From assembly GCF_006345805.1 (NCBI RefSeq), contig NC_042998.1:53072001-53136000 (forward strand): a stretch of 64,000 nucleotides of DNA, read 5' to 3'. Both the position numbers and the translations under genes were made by a program. Below the pieces are notes generated by a model. That model was given only the letters and a program-made list of their open reading frames with translations. It did not search any database and was not told the DNA's origin. Each line of letters begins with the position of its first letter. Within the stretch, counting starts at the first letter, position 1. Source of the DNA: Octopus sinensis (lineage: Eukaryota). Shown here one piece after another: positions 39,207 to 51,166 of this stretch.

Positions 39207-39734
39207 AATTTTAATGGCTAAATCATTCTGCAGATATATTTCAATGGGTTTTTGGAATGAGAAGTGGGGAAACATTTTCCATACAGAGTGACTGATTTTC
39301 TAAGAAAGCGAAAATGGTCTTAAGTTGAATCAAATTAAGCAATTTTTTTAGTCTATGGTACAAATAATACAACTAATGTAGCTTTGATTCAAAACCTTCA
39401 CCTCTTCAAATTCCTTCAAGCATACTGACTTCCTTCATCTGTCCACCTACCACTCAATTCTAAAATGCTGAAATATCTCTCTTTCTCTTTGCCAGTAAAA
39501 TCAGATAGAAAATAGTCTGAAGTCATATTAAGGCTGTTAATCTGCTACTAATTCGTATAATGATAAACACAAATCTGTCAGTAGTTGGATAAGATTAAAA
39601 AACAGAAATACTTATGAAAAGCACAGGTGCATATTTATACTGTATCAGCACATAATTTATTTCTTTACAATACCTTATTTATTCTACCATGAACTTTTTG
39701 TTTGACATATATCACATTTCTTTTACTGTATTTT

Positions 39735-40212
39735 ATCTTTCAGCTTTTACCTGGTTTTGTCTGTGGCCATACTAGGGCACTGCCTTGAAGGATTTTAGCC
39801 AAACAAATTGACCATAGTACTTATATTTTTTAAAACCTGGTGCTTATTCTATCATTTTCTTATGCCAAACTGCTAAGTTATGGGAACATAAAGAAACCAG
39901 TTGTCAAGTAGTGTCTGTCCCCACCATCACTTGACAATTGGTGATGACAAACACACAGGGACACATATACACATATATCTTCATGCATATATATATACAT
40001 ACGTACGTACATACATACGTACATACGTACATACATACATACATACATACATACATACAACAGGCTTCTTTCAGTTTATCAAATCCATTCACAAGGCTTT
40101 GGTTAGCTTGGGGCTATAGTAAAAGGCATTTGCTCAAAGTGCCATGCAGCAGGACTGAACCTGGAACCATGTAATTAGGAAACAAACTGCTTCCCACAGA
40201 GTCATGCCCGTA
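39735..40212 (-). mobile_element. SINE family A (old) with (TACA)n centre
   Basis: Reverse complement head and tail. Confidence 0.8.
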
Positions 40213-40504
40213 CCTAACTTTTAAAGAAAATATCTTGTTAATCATCATATTCATCTCCTGTAGAGTTTTAGAATACTTGTGTGTGCGCACACATATATAC
40301 AAACACATACATGAACACACACAAATAAAAAAAATATATATAAAGCAAGACAAAAAGAAAATTAAATGAAACTGATTCTTATCTGTTTATCTTTATCTCT
40401 CATACAGAGGTTTCAGTTCCTTTGATTTCTATACAAAATAACAAACACCCTTCAGACATGTCTAAAATTTTTCTATCATCAAAGACAATACAGTTGCATA
40501 GTTG

Positions 40505-40882
40505 CTCTTTTACTCGTTTCAGTCATTTGACTGTGGCCATGCTGGAGCACCACATTTAGTTGAGCAAATTGACCCCAGGACTTATTCTTTGTAAGCCAGT
40601 ACTTATTCTAACAGTCTCTTCTGTTTACGGGGATGTAAACACACCAGCATTGGTTGTCAAGCAAAGCTGGGGGGACAAACACAGACACACAAACACACAT
40701 ATATATATATACATATATACGACAGGCTTCTTTCAGTTTCTGTCTACCAAATCTACTCACAAGGCTTTGGTCGGCCTGAGGCTATAGTAGAAGACACTTG
40801 CCCAAAGCACCACACAGTGGGACTGAACCTGGAACCATGTGGTTGGTAAGCAAGCTACTTACCACACAGCCACTCCTGTGCC
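40505..40882 (-). mobile_element. SINE family A
   Basis: Reverse complement, ends CAGCCACTCCTGTGCC. Confidence 0.9.
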
Positions 40883-41607
40883 TATCAATAATTACAGCAT
40901 GTTGCTTGTATACACACAACTCTGCATTTTTTACACCCTTTTTTGTATCTCTTCTTTCGCTTTGTCCTTTACTCTTCCTTTACAATCATTAACTGATCTC
41001 CTTTTATTTCAAAATTGTTCCTAAATTTTATATGTGAGTTCCCATTCAGAGATGTAATATTTCTTTGGTGGCTGTTGGATGAAAAACATTATTCATTTTC
41101 TATGCAAGACTATTCAGTCTTTCAGTTTGATTTCTAAAAATCTGTTTTACTGTCTGCTATCCTTGACACTTCCATTTCATCATTAAATATATATATATTC
41201 TTTTACCCTCTTACTTGTTTCAGTCATTTAACTGCAGCCTTAAAGGGTTTTTATTCAAAGAAATTGACCTCAGGACTTATTTTTTGTAAACTTGGTACTT
41301 ATTCTATCAGTCTCTTTTGCCAAACTGTTAAGTTACAGGGATGTAAACACTCCAACATCAGTTATCAAATGATGGTGGAGGGCAATGAACAACTTCATTA
41401 CAATATTCATTTCAATCATTTGTTATGTTTGTTACCCAGTACACACACTTTTCTATCCTATTTTACTGTTGTCTAGAAAATATTCCTTCCCATCCATTTT
41501 GTAAACATTATAAATACCTGTTAAGGTTATCTCTTCAGATATTTTATAGAGATTATAGCCAGCGTTGATTTTTGTTATGTTTCATACGTGATATATATAT
41601 ATATAGT

Positions 41608-42384
41608 AATAACAATAAGCAACTTTGCATAAATAGGGTTGAATATTAAAAGCAAAAAGGCTCAAATGGTTTTAGTCATTGCTTCACATCTTTACCACAC
41701 TTGTATAAATATAGGCTCTTACTGTGCATAATCCTTGGGGAAATTTTATTGAATTTAAACCTGTAAATGCTCCTTTGGCATTCCTGAGTCGTTTGCTACC
41801 AAGAAAATTTACATTGACACATAACTTTTGGTAGAAATGCCAGAAGTGATCACAATTATGCCAGAACATAGTTCATTAGTTAATTTTCTGTTGAAAAATA
41901 GGGCTTTGTGCAAAGAAATGGTATCATAATATTTCAAAGACATTGTTTATCATGGAATACTGAAGACCTTCACATTGGGAGTTTAGTTGTGGTATAAAGG
42001 CCACTATTAATGAAAAATGTGTTAATAATTTTTCCAGAAAAGCATGTGTTTTGGTCATTTTCCATTGAAAAAAATAGAGTTTTGTCCATCACAAATGCAC
42101 TCATAACACTCCATGTATATTGTTGCCTTTTTTGACACTAAAAACATGGCAACGTAGATGAGAAACATCCAAATATTACCCCAAAATGAACTCAAAATTG
42201 TGCTACCACACCTCGTTTGTGAGCTTATTTTTGTAGTAAAAAAGAGTTGTGCAAAAAATATACTTCATTTGGTAGCTGAAAGATTACTGAGTCTTTTGTT
42301 ACCTCAGCTTCAAAATTAGCTGCTCAGTTTTCAAATCTATAAGGAACATACACCACACACACACAAATTCTGTTTTATATATAG
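41608..42384 (-). mobile_element. possible non-autonomous Helitron-like element
   Basis: Right end reads CTATATATAAAACAGAATTTGTGTGTGTG on the minus strand (Helitron-like 5' end); internal ~150-bp subrepeat CA(T/G)AA(C/T)TTT...TTTTC..TTGAAAAA.AG; left end unclear. Confidence 0.35.
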
Positions 42385-42896
42385 TGATTTAGCATCATTA
42401 CAGGAATAACCATGAAATCTAACTTAATTCAATTAAAGGGCTAATAAATTCTCACTTTTCAGAAATGGCCAACAACCAATTATATAGATATATAAAACAC
42501 ACAGAAGACCAAATAGAATAAAGCCTGTCCTTACAGCTACACTACATTCATTATCAGTCAATCAGTTCAGTGTCATAAGTATGATAAAGTTAAAGTAATG
42601 AAGGTCTGTGACTATGAAATAAAGATAACAACGTTTCTGAAATATGAGCTGGTGTATCATGAGAGGAGTGACTTAGGCCATTTCAAGTTGGTTCTTTTTT
42701 GAAAAAGTATCAAAAGGATGTTGAATGGAAGGCTGGGAATTTCATAATAAATGTGACAAATGCTTGTAATATTTTCTCAGTTAAATTCATCAATTAATGA
42801 GTAATTTATTTTGTTGGAGGAAAGAGTCACACTAAGCTCCATGTACAGTAAGATTTGAATCCAGTGTTGTCTTCATATAACCTACACAAGGACATG

Positions 42897-43198
42897 CTCC
42901 TTCCTTCTCGAGCCATGCCTGGCTCATAAAGGCTGGTTTCCCAGTTACCTTGGCGTATAGGTTCCCCACCTGGACAGGACACCCAGTCTGTCACAGGTGA
43001 GCTGCAAGATGCAGGAGGAAAGAGTGAGAGAAGGTTGTGGCGAAAGAGTCAGCAGAAGTTCGCCATTACCTTCTACCGGAACCGCATGGAGCTTAGATGT
43101 TTCGCTCACAAACACACACATCGCCCAGTCTGAGATTCTAACCCGCGATCCCTCGACTGCGAGTCCACTGCTCTAACAACTAGGCCATGTGCCTCCAC
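42897..43198 (-). mobile_element. single-copy tRNA-derived SINE with 13-bp TSD
   Basis: Minus head GGAGGCACATGGCCTAGTTGTTAGAGCAGTGGACTCGCAGTCGAGGGATCGCGGGTTAGAATCTC; ACACAAGGACATG at 42884-42896 and 43199-43211. Confidence 0.9.
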
Positions 43199-43309
43199 AC
43201 ACAAGGACATGGGCAGAACCAGAATTTCAACCATGGATGGTTTCATTTATTAAGATGCCTCCACTATGTATTAGTTGTTTAATTTGAAAAGAAATTTTTA
43301 AAAAAAAAT

Positions 43310-44158
43310 CTTTTATCTCTTATCTTGTACTTGTTTCGGTCATTAGACTGTGGCCATGCTGGGGGCACCACCTCAAATTATTTTAAGCAAATGAATCAAC
43401 TCCAGTACTTATTATGCTTTGCAAAGTACTTTACAAAAGTACTTTTTCTATATTCTATCTCTTTACACTAAATTTTTTACAATACCTCTCTGTGGTCTTT
43501 TCAATAGTAAAAGCTTTCAAATAATTTGGGTTTAGAAATCTCTTCTCATTGAAAGGGCCACAGAAAAACAGCATAGTGGAAAGTGTTGGGAGCAAAGAAC
43601 AGCTGGTGAGCCTGTTTACGGGTTTTAATTACATGACTCTTCTGAAATATAACAATGATTGAGAATTCTCCTAATCAAACCCTTGCTAAGCTGTACAATG
43701 AGATGCAACAGGAAAACTAATTTTATTGTTGTAGCTGATTTGTTGCTGACAGCAGACCTTTGAAGAGATTTCATAAACATGTTTACAAAGTTGCTATGCA
43801 ATGAAGAATGGAAAGAAGCTAACACTTGTGGCATGTGCCCCTCTCTCATGAGAGAGTAATGAAGAATTTTATATCAGTCTCTATTGCTGAATTACTAGGT
43901 TACAGAGATGTAAACACACCAACACTAGTTATCAAGAGGTAGTGGAGCACAAAGATACACACAAAGGTACACACACAAAGACACACACACACACACACAT
44001 ACATGACAGACTTCTTTCAGTTTTTCAGTTTCATCTACTAAATCCACTCACAAGGTTTTGATTGGCCCAAGGCTACAGGAGAAGAAATTTGCCCATGGTG
44101 CCACACAGAGCCATGTGGTTAGGCAGTAAACTTCTTACCTCACAGCCACACCTGCACC
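43310..44158 (-). mobile_element. SINE family A split by a ~450-bp insertion
   Basis: Tail part 43310-43413, resumes at ~43872 (TATCAGTCTCTATTGCTGAA) through to the head at 44158. Confidence 0.8.
43443..43856 (+). repeat. copy 1 of a ~415-bp direct duplication
   Basis: Near-identical to 46635-47048 (roughly a dozen differences by eye). Confidence 0.95.
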
Positions 44159-44537
44159 CATTTTTAGATAATATTTAGATAATTATATTAGCCTGAACCT
44201 GGAGATGAGTGGTTCACTTGCACCTGCCCCACAACGGAATGATATATTAATAAGATATAGTTCTGCAAGATTCAGAGATCACCAGAAGGGCCGAGAGGTT
44301 TAAAGCCTCATGATAGCAAAGGGAGAATAGGCATCAGCCAGCCCAAATGTTGGGGTGGGCTGCACCTGTCTGCTTCAGTTGCTATGACATTGAGGTAGTT
44401 CCAGCTATTATTGTTAATGGGGACAAAATCCAGATTTAAAACACAGAATGATGATGATATAATGCAGAAATGGGGATAAAATGTGGTCTTATCAACTCAG
44501 CCAAGCCAACTGTGACTTGTACATGGTTATCTTATTT

Positions 44538-45044
44538 AGTGCATGTGTGTGTGCACAGATGCACATGTGCATGTTAATGGATGTGAATGAGTGCATGTGC
44601 ATGTGGGAATGTGTGTGAATGTGTGTTTGAATGCTTGCGTGAGCATGTGCATGTATGAGTGAGTGCATATGCATGTGAACATGTGTGTGAGAGGCATGTG
44701 AGTGCATGTTTGAGTGCTTGCATGTGTGTGAGTGTGTGTCTGTGAGTGCATGTGAACATGTGTGTGTGTATGTTTGAATGTTTGCATGTGTGTGTGTGTG
44801 TATGTGAGTGCATGTGAGCATGTGTGTGTGTGAGTGCATGTGTGTGTATGAGTGTGTGTATGAGTGCATGTTTGAATGTTTGCATGTGTGTATGTGTGTG
44901 AGTGCATGAATGCATGTTTGAATGTTTGCATGCATGTGTATGTCTGTGTGTGTGCAAGTGCATGTGAGTGAATGCATGTGCATCTGAGCATGTGTGTGTG
45001 TGTGTAAGTGAGTGCATGTTTGAATGTTTGCATGCATGTGTGTG
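44538..45044. repeat. GT-rich minisatellite with recurring GAGTGCATGTTTGAATGTTTGCATG unit
   Basis: Direct inspection. Confidence 0.85.
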
Positions 45045-45346
45045 GTTACAGTCCAACTAGGATTACTGAATATTTGGTATATGTGATTTAGAATATTTTG
45101 AATCTAGTCATCTTTCATCTTCAACTTGCTTCACTCATTAGACTGTGACCATGCCAAACCACCTTCAAGTATTTAGTCAAGCAAATTGACCCCAGTACCA
45201 ATTACTTTTTTCAGCCTGGTACTTATTCTATTGGTCGCTTTTGCTGAACAGCAAAGTTATAGGGACATATACAAACCAATACCAGTTGTTAGGCAGGCAG
45301 TAGTGGACAAAAAACACATGCACACACTCATAGATTCATATATTCT

Positions 45347-45378
<32 letters not shown>

Positions 45379-45587
45379 ATATATATATAGGACATGAGAG
45401 GTATTGGTGTCAAGAAGAGTAAGTGTTATGGACAGACTATAGTTAAGCTCCAGGTTCGATAGTGATATGAATGAGGAGTCCAATGTAGGTCGTGTATTAG
45501 CATGTGTATATATATAAAAATTAACAGAATGAAATTAAAAATCCAAGGCTGTGAATAGTTTTCAGAACATTTATAAAGAGAATGAAT

Positions 45588-45635
45588 GTCTTTCAGCTGT
45601 TTCCGGGATATTTTATATATCCCTTCATCAGAGAC
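45588..45635 (-). ncRNA. minimal type I hammerhead ribozyme motif (cleavage site mutated)
   Basis: GUCU-CUGAUGA-A-GGGAUAU-AUAAA-AUAUCCC-G-GAAA-CAGCUG-AA-AGAC: intact core boxes, 7-bp helix II, palindromic helix III, 4-bp helix I; UH reads AA. Confidence 0.65.
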
Positions 45636-45869
45636 GATGCAGGAAAATGTTTAAGTGATAGTTATTATAATGAAAATATAAAATACAGAGTGAAGTGGAG
45701 GAATGAAAATAGACGTGATTTACATAAGGATTCACATATTTGCAGTTCCATTATTTAAGCAGAATGGTGTATGTATATAAGTTTCCTCATTTCTGTTTTC
45801 ATTCCTCCACTTTACTCTGTATTTCATATCTTCTCTATAATGACTATTACTTAAACATTTTCCTGCACT

Positions 45870-45917
45870 GTCTCAGATGAAAGGATATATAAAATATCCC
45901 GGAAACAGCAGTGAGAC
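45870..45917 (+). ncRNA. second, more degenerate hammerhead motif
   Basis: GUCU-CAGAUGA-A-AGGAUAU-AUAAA-AUAUCCC-G-GAAA-CAGCAG-UG-AGAC. Confidence 0.5.
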
Positions 45918-45977
45918 CTCTTTATAAATGTTCTAAAAACTATTTACAGCCTTGGATTTTTTAATCTCATTCTGTTA

Positions 45978-46008
<31 letters not shown>

Positions 46009-46357
46009 ATCTTTTGTGGAGAGTGGCGATTTGATGTCTATATCTAGCATGTTGACTGTCAACTTTTTCGTGTTCAGTCCTTAATTGGTATATATATATA
46101 TATATATATATAATATATTATAATGCAAGAAAATATACTAGTCCCCTAATATTTTATATTCAATATTTCATCTATTCAATAAGACAATCAATACTTCATT
46201 TCATTTTACTATATATATATATTATTTATACTATATATTTTATATTAATATTATAAAGAATATAAACATAGAAACATAGAAACATAGAAAACAGACAGAG
46301 TTGGAATTTCTTTGAATGATATATATCCCGCTATACACAATCATACAAAACCCTTTT

Positions 46358-46416
<59 letters not shown>

Positions 46417-46634
46417 GTTTCTTTCAGTTCCCATTGGCCAGATCCACTCACAGGGCTTTAGTGAACCTGGTGCTATAGCTGAAGACACTCCCTCAAAGCA
46501 CCATGCAGTGGAATTGAACCTGGAACCAAGTGGTTAGGAAGCAAACTTCTTAGACACCAAATGTTGCAACCAATATTGTTATGTTTTGGAGGAGTTATAA
46601 GATTAGAAACTTTACACAACCAAACTGGTTGTTG

Positions 46635-47048
46635 TTTTTCTATATTCTATCTCTTTACACCAAATTTTTTACAATACCACTCTGTGGTCTTTTCAATAGT
46701 AAAAGCTTTCAAATAATTTGTGTTTAGAAATCTCTACTCATTGAAAGGGCCACAGAAAAACAGCATAGTGGAAAGTGTTGGGAGCAAAGAACAGCTGGTG
46801 AGCCTGTTTACGGGTTTTAATTACATGACTCTTCTGAAATATAACAATGATTGAGAATTCTCCTAATCAAACCCTTGCTAAGCTGTACAATGAGATGCAA
46901 CAGGAAAACTAATTTCATTGTTGTAGCTGATTTGTTGCTGACAGCAGACCTTTGAAGAGATTTCATAAACATGTTTACAAAGTTGCTATGCAATGAAGAA
47001 TGAAAAAAAAGCTAACACCCATGACATGTGCCCCTCTCTCAAGAGAGA
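46635..47048 (+). repeat. copy 2 (probable donor) of the ~415-bp duplication
   Basis: Matches 43443-43856. Confidence 0.95.
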
Positions 47049-47248
47049 GAAATAGAGGATACAGAAGTGGCATTGTCTTGATTGCAAGATTGTGAATGAA
47101 GGAAATAAATGAAAATATTTATAAGGAGGAAAATCTCCTCCAATTCCAGAAACCATGATACAATTTTACTGGTGTAACCTGAACAATGTAGCAAAGATTT
47201 TTTTTTTTATTGGGATTAGCTTTTCAGTGATGGAAGAAGATGTTTTTA

Positions 47249-47572
47249 CCCTTTAGCATCTAAACTGGCCATATCTGGCACTGATATTCTACAGGCTTTA
47301 TGTTCAAAGTAGCCAGACTAGACCTCTCACACCTCCTTTACATTGAGATTTTGATAATGTGATTGTCTATTTTCGAAATGACAAACAAATCTATGAGATA
47401 TTGCATGATTAATTTAAAACATTGTTTATAAATATGCATTACATTTGACACAGTAATCTCAATGTTAAAGGGTTAAATTTGACAGAGTAAACTGAATGCT
47501 AAAGAGTTTAATTTGACAGAGCTTAATTTGACAGAGTTTAATTTTGACAGCGTAACCTGAATGCTAAAGGGT
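47249..47572. mobile_element. MITE family F followed by tandem re-iterations of its right end
   Basis: CCCTTTAGCATC...TAAAGGG-TTAA (47472), then repeated TTTGACAGAG(TAA..CTGAATGCTAAAG) units. Confidence 0.75.
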
Positions 47573-48185
47573 CAAATATGTAAGTGAGATCTGAATAGGG
47601 TTGAAAATATTTGACTGATGTTGCAGACATTGTCGATTATATTCCTCATCAATAGTGATGATACCACAAAGACTACCATTAGTTCATCGATCAACAAAAC
47701 TACACCTTCTTTTACCAACAACACAACTACCCTTCCTGCTATTACTACCACTTCATAATGGTGTAGTTGGTGCTGGGAGGTTTCAATATTTCTAGATATA
47801 AGTTTTAAGGCCTGAAATATCAAAGATGATGTATAAAGCGAAACAACAACAACAACAAAAATACAAAATCCCCCAGTGTCTATCAGAAGTAAGTGCAGTA
47901 CTTACCTAATGGTATTAGATCACATCAGTTGAAGGAGGAAGGAGAATATATGAAACATATTGGTATGTGAATCTTGTCATCAATTTAAAAAACATCCAAT
48001 GATGAATGCAGTCCTACAAAAATAAAAATAAACAAATATAAGATAAGATTTCAAAAATGTTACCTAGACTAGACTACCAATAAAACAAATAAAAAATATT
48101 TTTGCTGCAGTGTTTAAAAGCAATTTTGTTCCTCCATGTTGATAAGAACAAGGAAGGAAATATATACAATTACATATACAATTAT

Positions 48186-48217
<32 letters not shown>

Positions 48218-48223
48218 GATGAT

Positions 48224-48394
48224 AATATATACATATATATATACATGTACATATATATATACATGTACATATATATATATACATGTACATATATATATAT
48301 TCATGTACATATATATATACATGTACATATATATATATACATGTACATATATATATATATATACATGTACATATATATATATATATATATATAT
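48224..48394. repeat. palindromic (TA)n-CATGTACA minisatellite
   Basis: Repeated TATATACATGTACATATA units. Confidence 0.9.
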
Positions 48395-49529
48395 GTATTT
48401 TGCATTTCCTTACCAAGTCTTACTTGCATAATTGATACTTAATATTGATATTAATGCCAGTAAAGATCTGGGGACTTATTGATGATGACGATGGTGATAA
48501 TGATGATGATGACGATGGTGGTAGTGGAGGTGGTGAGGGATACTCCCCTAATTTAATGTCATCACCCTGCTGATGAGGAAACAGATAAGAATGAATTAAA
48601 GGATGAGAATAGTTGAAAAAGGTAAAAAAACAAACAAACTCAAAAGCTATGATAACAATAATAGTCATAATGATTGCTATGATGATGATAATGAGAATGA
48701 TGATGTCCATATAGAGAAGCATGGAGAGAAGATGATTTTTATATTTTCAGTGTAATAATGATGATTTCATTATGTTTGATTCATTAATATTTTAACTGCA
48801 ACAATACAATGTCAAAGTGTTAGTTCTAGAAAGAGATGAAAAGAAAGAGAGAGAGAGAGAGGGGGGAACAGAGAGAGAATGAGAGAGAGAGAAAGAAGGA
48901 AATAAAATAGCAGAGAGAGATAAATAAAGGGGTTAGAGGGAAAGATTAATTTGTCAATGGCAAATAAATTGATAAATAGAATATAATGATTTAAGTGGGG
49001 TTACAAAATCAATAGCTTGAACTGTGAGCTAATATGCTTTGGAAGTTAAAGCGAGAAGGGAAATTCACCAATCAATGAGGAATAATAAGAGCAAATAATT
49101 AGAAACCATTTCTTTACAAAATAACAGAAATAATATTATAGATAATAATGTTGATTATTATATAACATTCTACTTGTCTTTTAATTAACTTTTGAATATC
49201 AGAGGCATGTTAGATGTATTTTGGCAGTGGTTTTAAAACAGTTGCTATACATTAGTGTAATTTTCATAGATTATTTAGTATTTGTGTGCTGGGTATGATT
49301 TTAAACTGCCTCTGGCTGTGAGACCCTGGTTCAGGAATTCCATGGTTTTGAGAAGTGTGGAACCACTCCTTAGCTACTATTGTTTCCAGGCCTACACTGA
49401 CTGAGAGTAGTAACATTTGTCTGAGTCCATTCATCAGCAGGGATGGCATTAACTCATATCTGAGTAGCTAATCTGTAATGAGTGATTGAACCTCTTCATC
49501 CTGACGAGTGTGCAGGGTGCTGGTGCCTG

Positions 49530-49748
49530 AGGTGGCTATTCAGGAAAAGGGTGGTATAGAAGTGCTGGGAGCATTTTTCATAGGGGAAAGTTGGCCATGT
49601 GAATATTTCTTAGGAAGTATTCAGATGGCAGCAATACTTAGAACAACTCATGTGTTGAAGAAAGTGTTGCACCTCTAAGCTGCGAGATGGAGCTGGGATG
49701 TGACACAGACAAATCAGTAAAGTAAATAGAAAGAATGATAATAATGTA
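49530..49748 (+). pseudogene. possible 3' terminus of an R4/Dong-type non-LTR element
   Basis: IEVLGAF...SIQMAAILRTTHVLKKVLHL* (cf. IQKxALLGTARILRKVL), short UTR, GATAATAAT tail. Confidence 0.4.
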
Positions 49749-50327
49749 TTGCAGAGATATGATATTGAAGACATGTGCAAAAAAGTGAAATAGCTTATTG
49801 AATACTTCCGTTCTTTAAATTCTCTTATTATTGAATAGTTTCCTTCTTTTTCTTTTAGTATAAACTTAAATAATCAAGGGATTGAAAGGTTGGATTTTAC
49901 ATGCTGGTCTTGTGAAGCAAAAGGGTTAAGGCAAAAAAAGGGAGGTAAGCATGACTATCCAATTTTCAACTCTTTGTTTGGAATGTTTATGTTTGTGTTG
50001 ACAGAAATGGAAAAATAATGTGAGAATTTAAGAAACACTGTATTTGGTAAAGAAACTATTTTAAGTTTTTATGTATGTCTTTATTCCCTAAAATACATCT
50101 TTATTACTTTTGTAAGCAAATACACTTATATCTTGCATGCTTTGTTATTTTGTGATAGTGTGATAAGAAAAAAAAAGTAAATGGTATATGTTTCTCAATA
50201 AAACCCATTTTCAAGCTGTAAATAAATTTTTTCAAGACCATTTTACTTCTTATTTTTACCCTAAAATAGCAATTCTGATGTAGCATAATAAAAACAGCAA
50301 ATACAGTTCTCAAATAAACTACCTTAA

Positions 50328-50900
50328 CCCAATCACATTTAGATTTCTCTGTCACATATAGAGCTTATTTAGTCACATTTCTTTGAATTAATCAGGCATT
50401 ATCTTGTATCACCAAGATTTTGATGATACGACTGTTTATTTTTAGAATGACATTGTAGGATAGGTGTGAGAGGCTAGATTTAGCTGTTTTCAATATATAA
50501 CAGGTTGAATATTTGGGCTGGATATGGCTAGTTTAAATGCTAAAAAGTTAAAGCTACAATTTTTTTTTTTATAATTATTCTGATAAAGCAAAATGCAAAA
50601 AAGTAAACGTTAAACATTTCTCAAATGAACTCTTTTTCAAAACTGTAAATAAATATCTTTTAAGGCTGATTTTCATATTTTATCCTTAACCCTATAGCAT
50701 TTCATATTGAGCAATATTGAGCCTGAATACTTTACCTGTTTTATGTTCAAACCAACTAGATCCAACCTGTCACACCTACCTTACAATGTCATTCTAAAAC
50801 TAAACTATTACATCATAGAAATTTCAAAGCTATGAGATATTATGTGATTAATTCAAAACCCTGTAAATAAATAAGCATTAGATTTGATAGAGTATTATAA
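50328..50900. mobile_element. two MITE family F copies in opposite orientation (50328-50547 and 50690-50900)
   Basis: TTAA-CCC starts; bodies match 32772-32990 in reverse and forward orientation. Confidence 0.7.
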
Positions 50901-50981
50901 CATTCAGTAGCCTGAGTGTTTGGTCTTTCAAGCATTGGTTTTTATATTGTAGATTATTTAATGAATGCCTTATCAAACAAG

Positions 50982-51166
50982 TTCTGTTGTGTCTGGGGAG
51001 AGTCATTTTCTTTTTGTGCCTTATAATCTAACACACTCACTGGTAAAATTTCCACTTATTTCTTATTTTTATTTTCCTGAAATAAGAAATAAGTGGAATT
51101 TTTACCAGTGAATGTGTTAAATTATAAGGCACAAAATGAAAATGACTCTCCCCAGATACAACAGAA
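50982..51166. repeat. palindrome, ~87-bp arms, 11-nt loop
   Basis: TTCTGTTGTGTCTGGGGAGAGTCATTTTC...CACTTATTTCTTATTT / AAATAAGAAATAAGTG...GAAAATGACTCTCCCCAGATACAACAGAA. Confidence 0.9.

Larger units (their letters stand above)
45518..45981. mobile_element. fold-back element (~190-bp inverted arms, ~80-bp spacer) in a (TA)n site; probable inverted Penelope pLTRs
   Basis: Left arm AAATTAACAGAATGAAATTAAAAATCCAAGGCTGT...GTGGAGGAATGAAAA pairs with right arm TTTTCATTCCTCCAC...ACAGCCTTGGATTTTTTAATCTCATTCTGTTAATTT. Confidence 0.85.

Noticed and set aside
44492-45056. His/Thr/Cys-rich ORFs (also 30856-31641, 20147-20581, 48064-48442)
   Set aside because: Read-through of CA/TG/TA simple repeats
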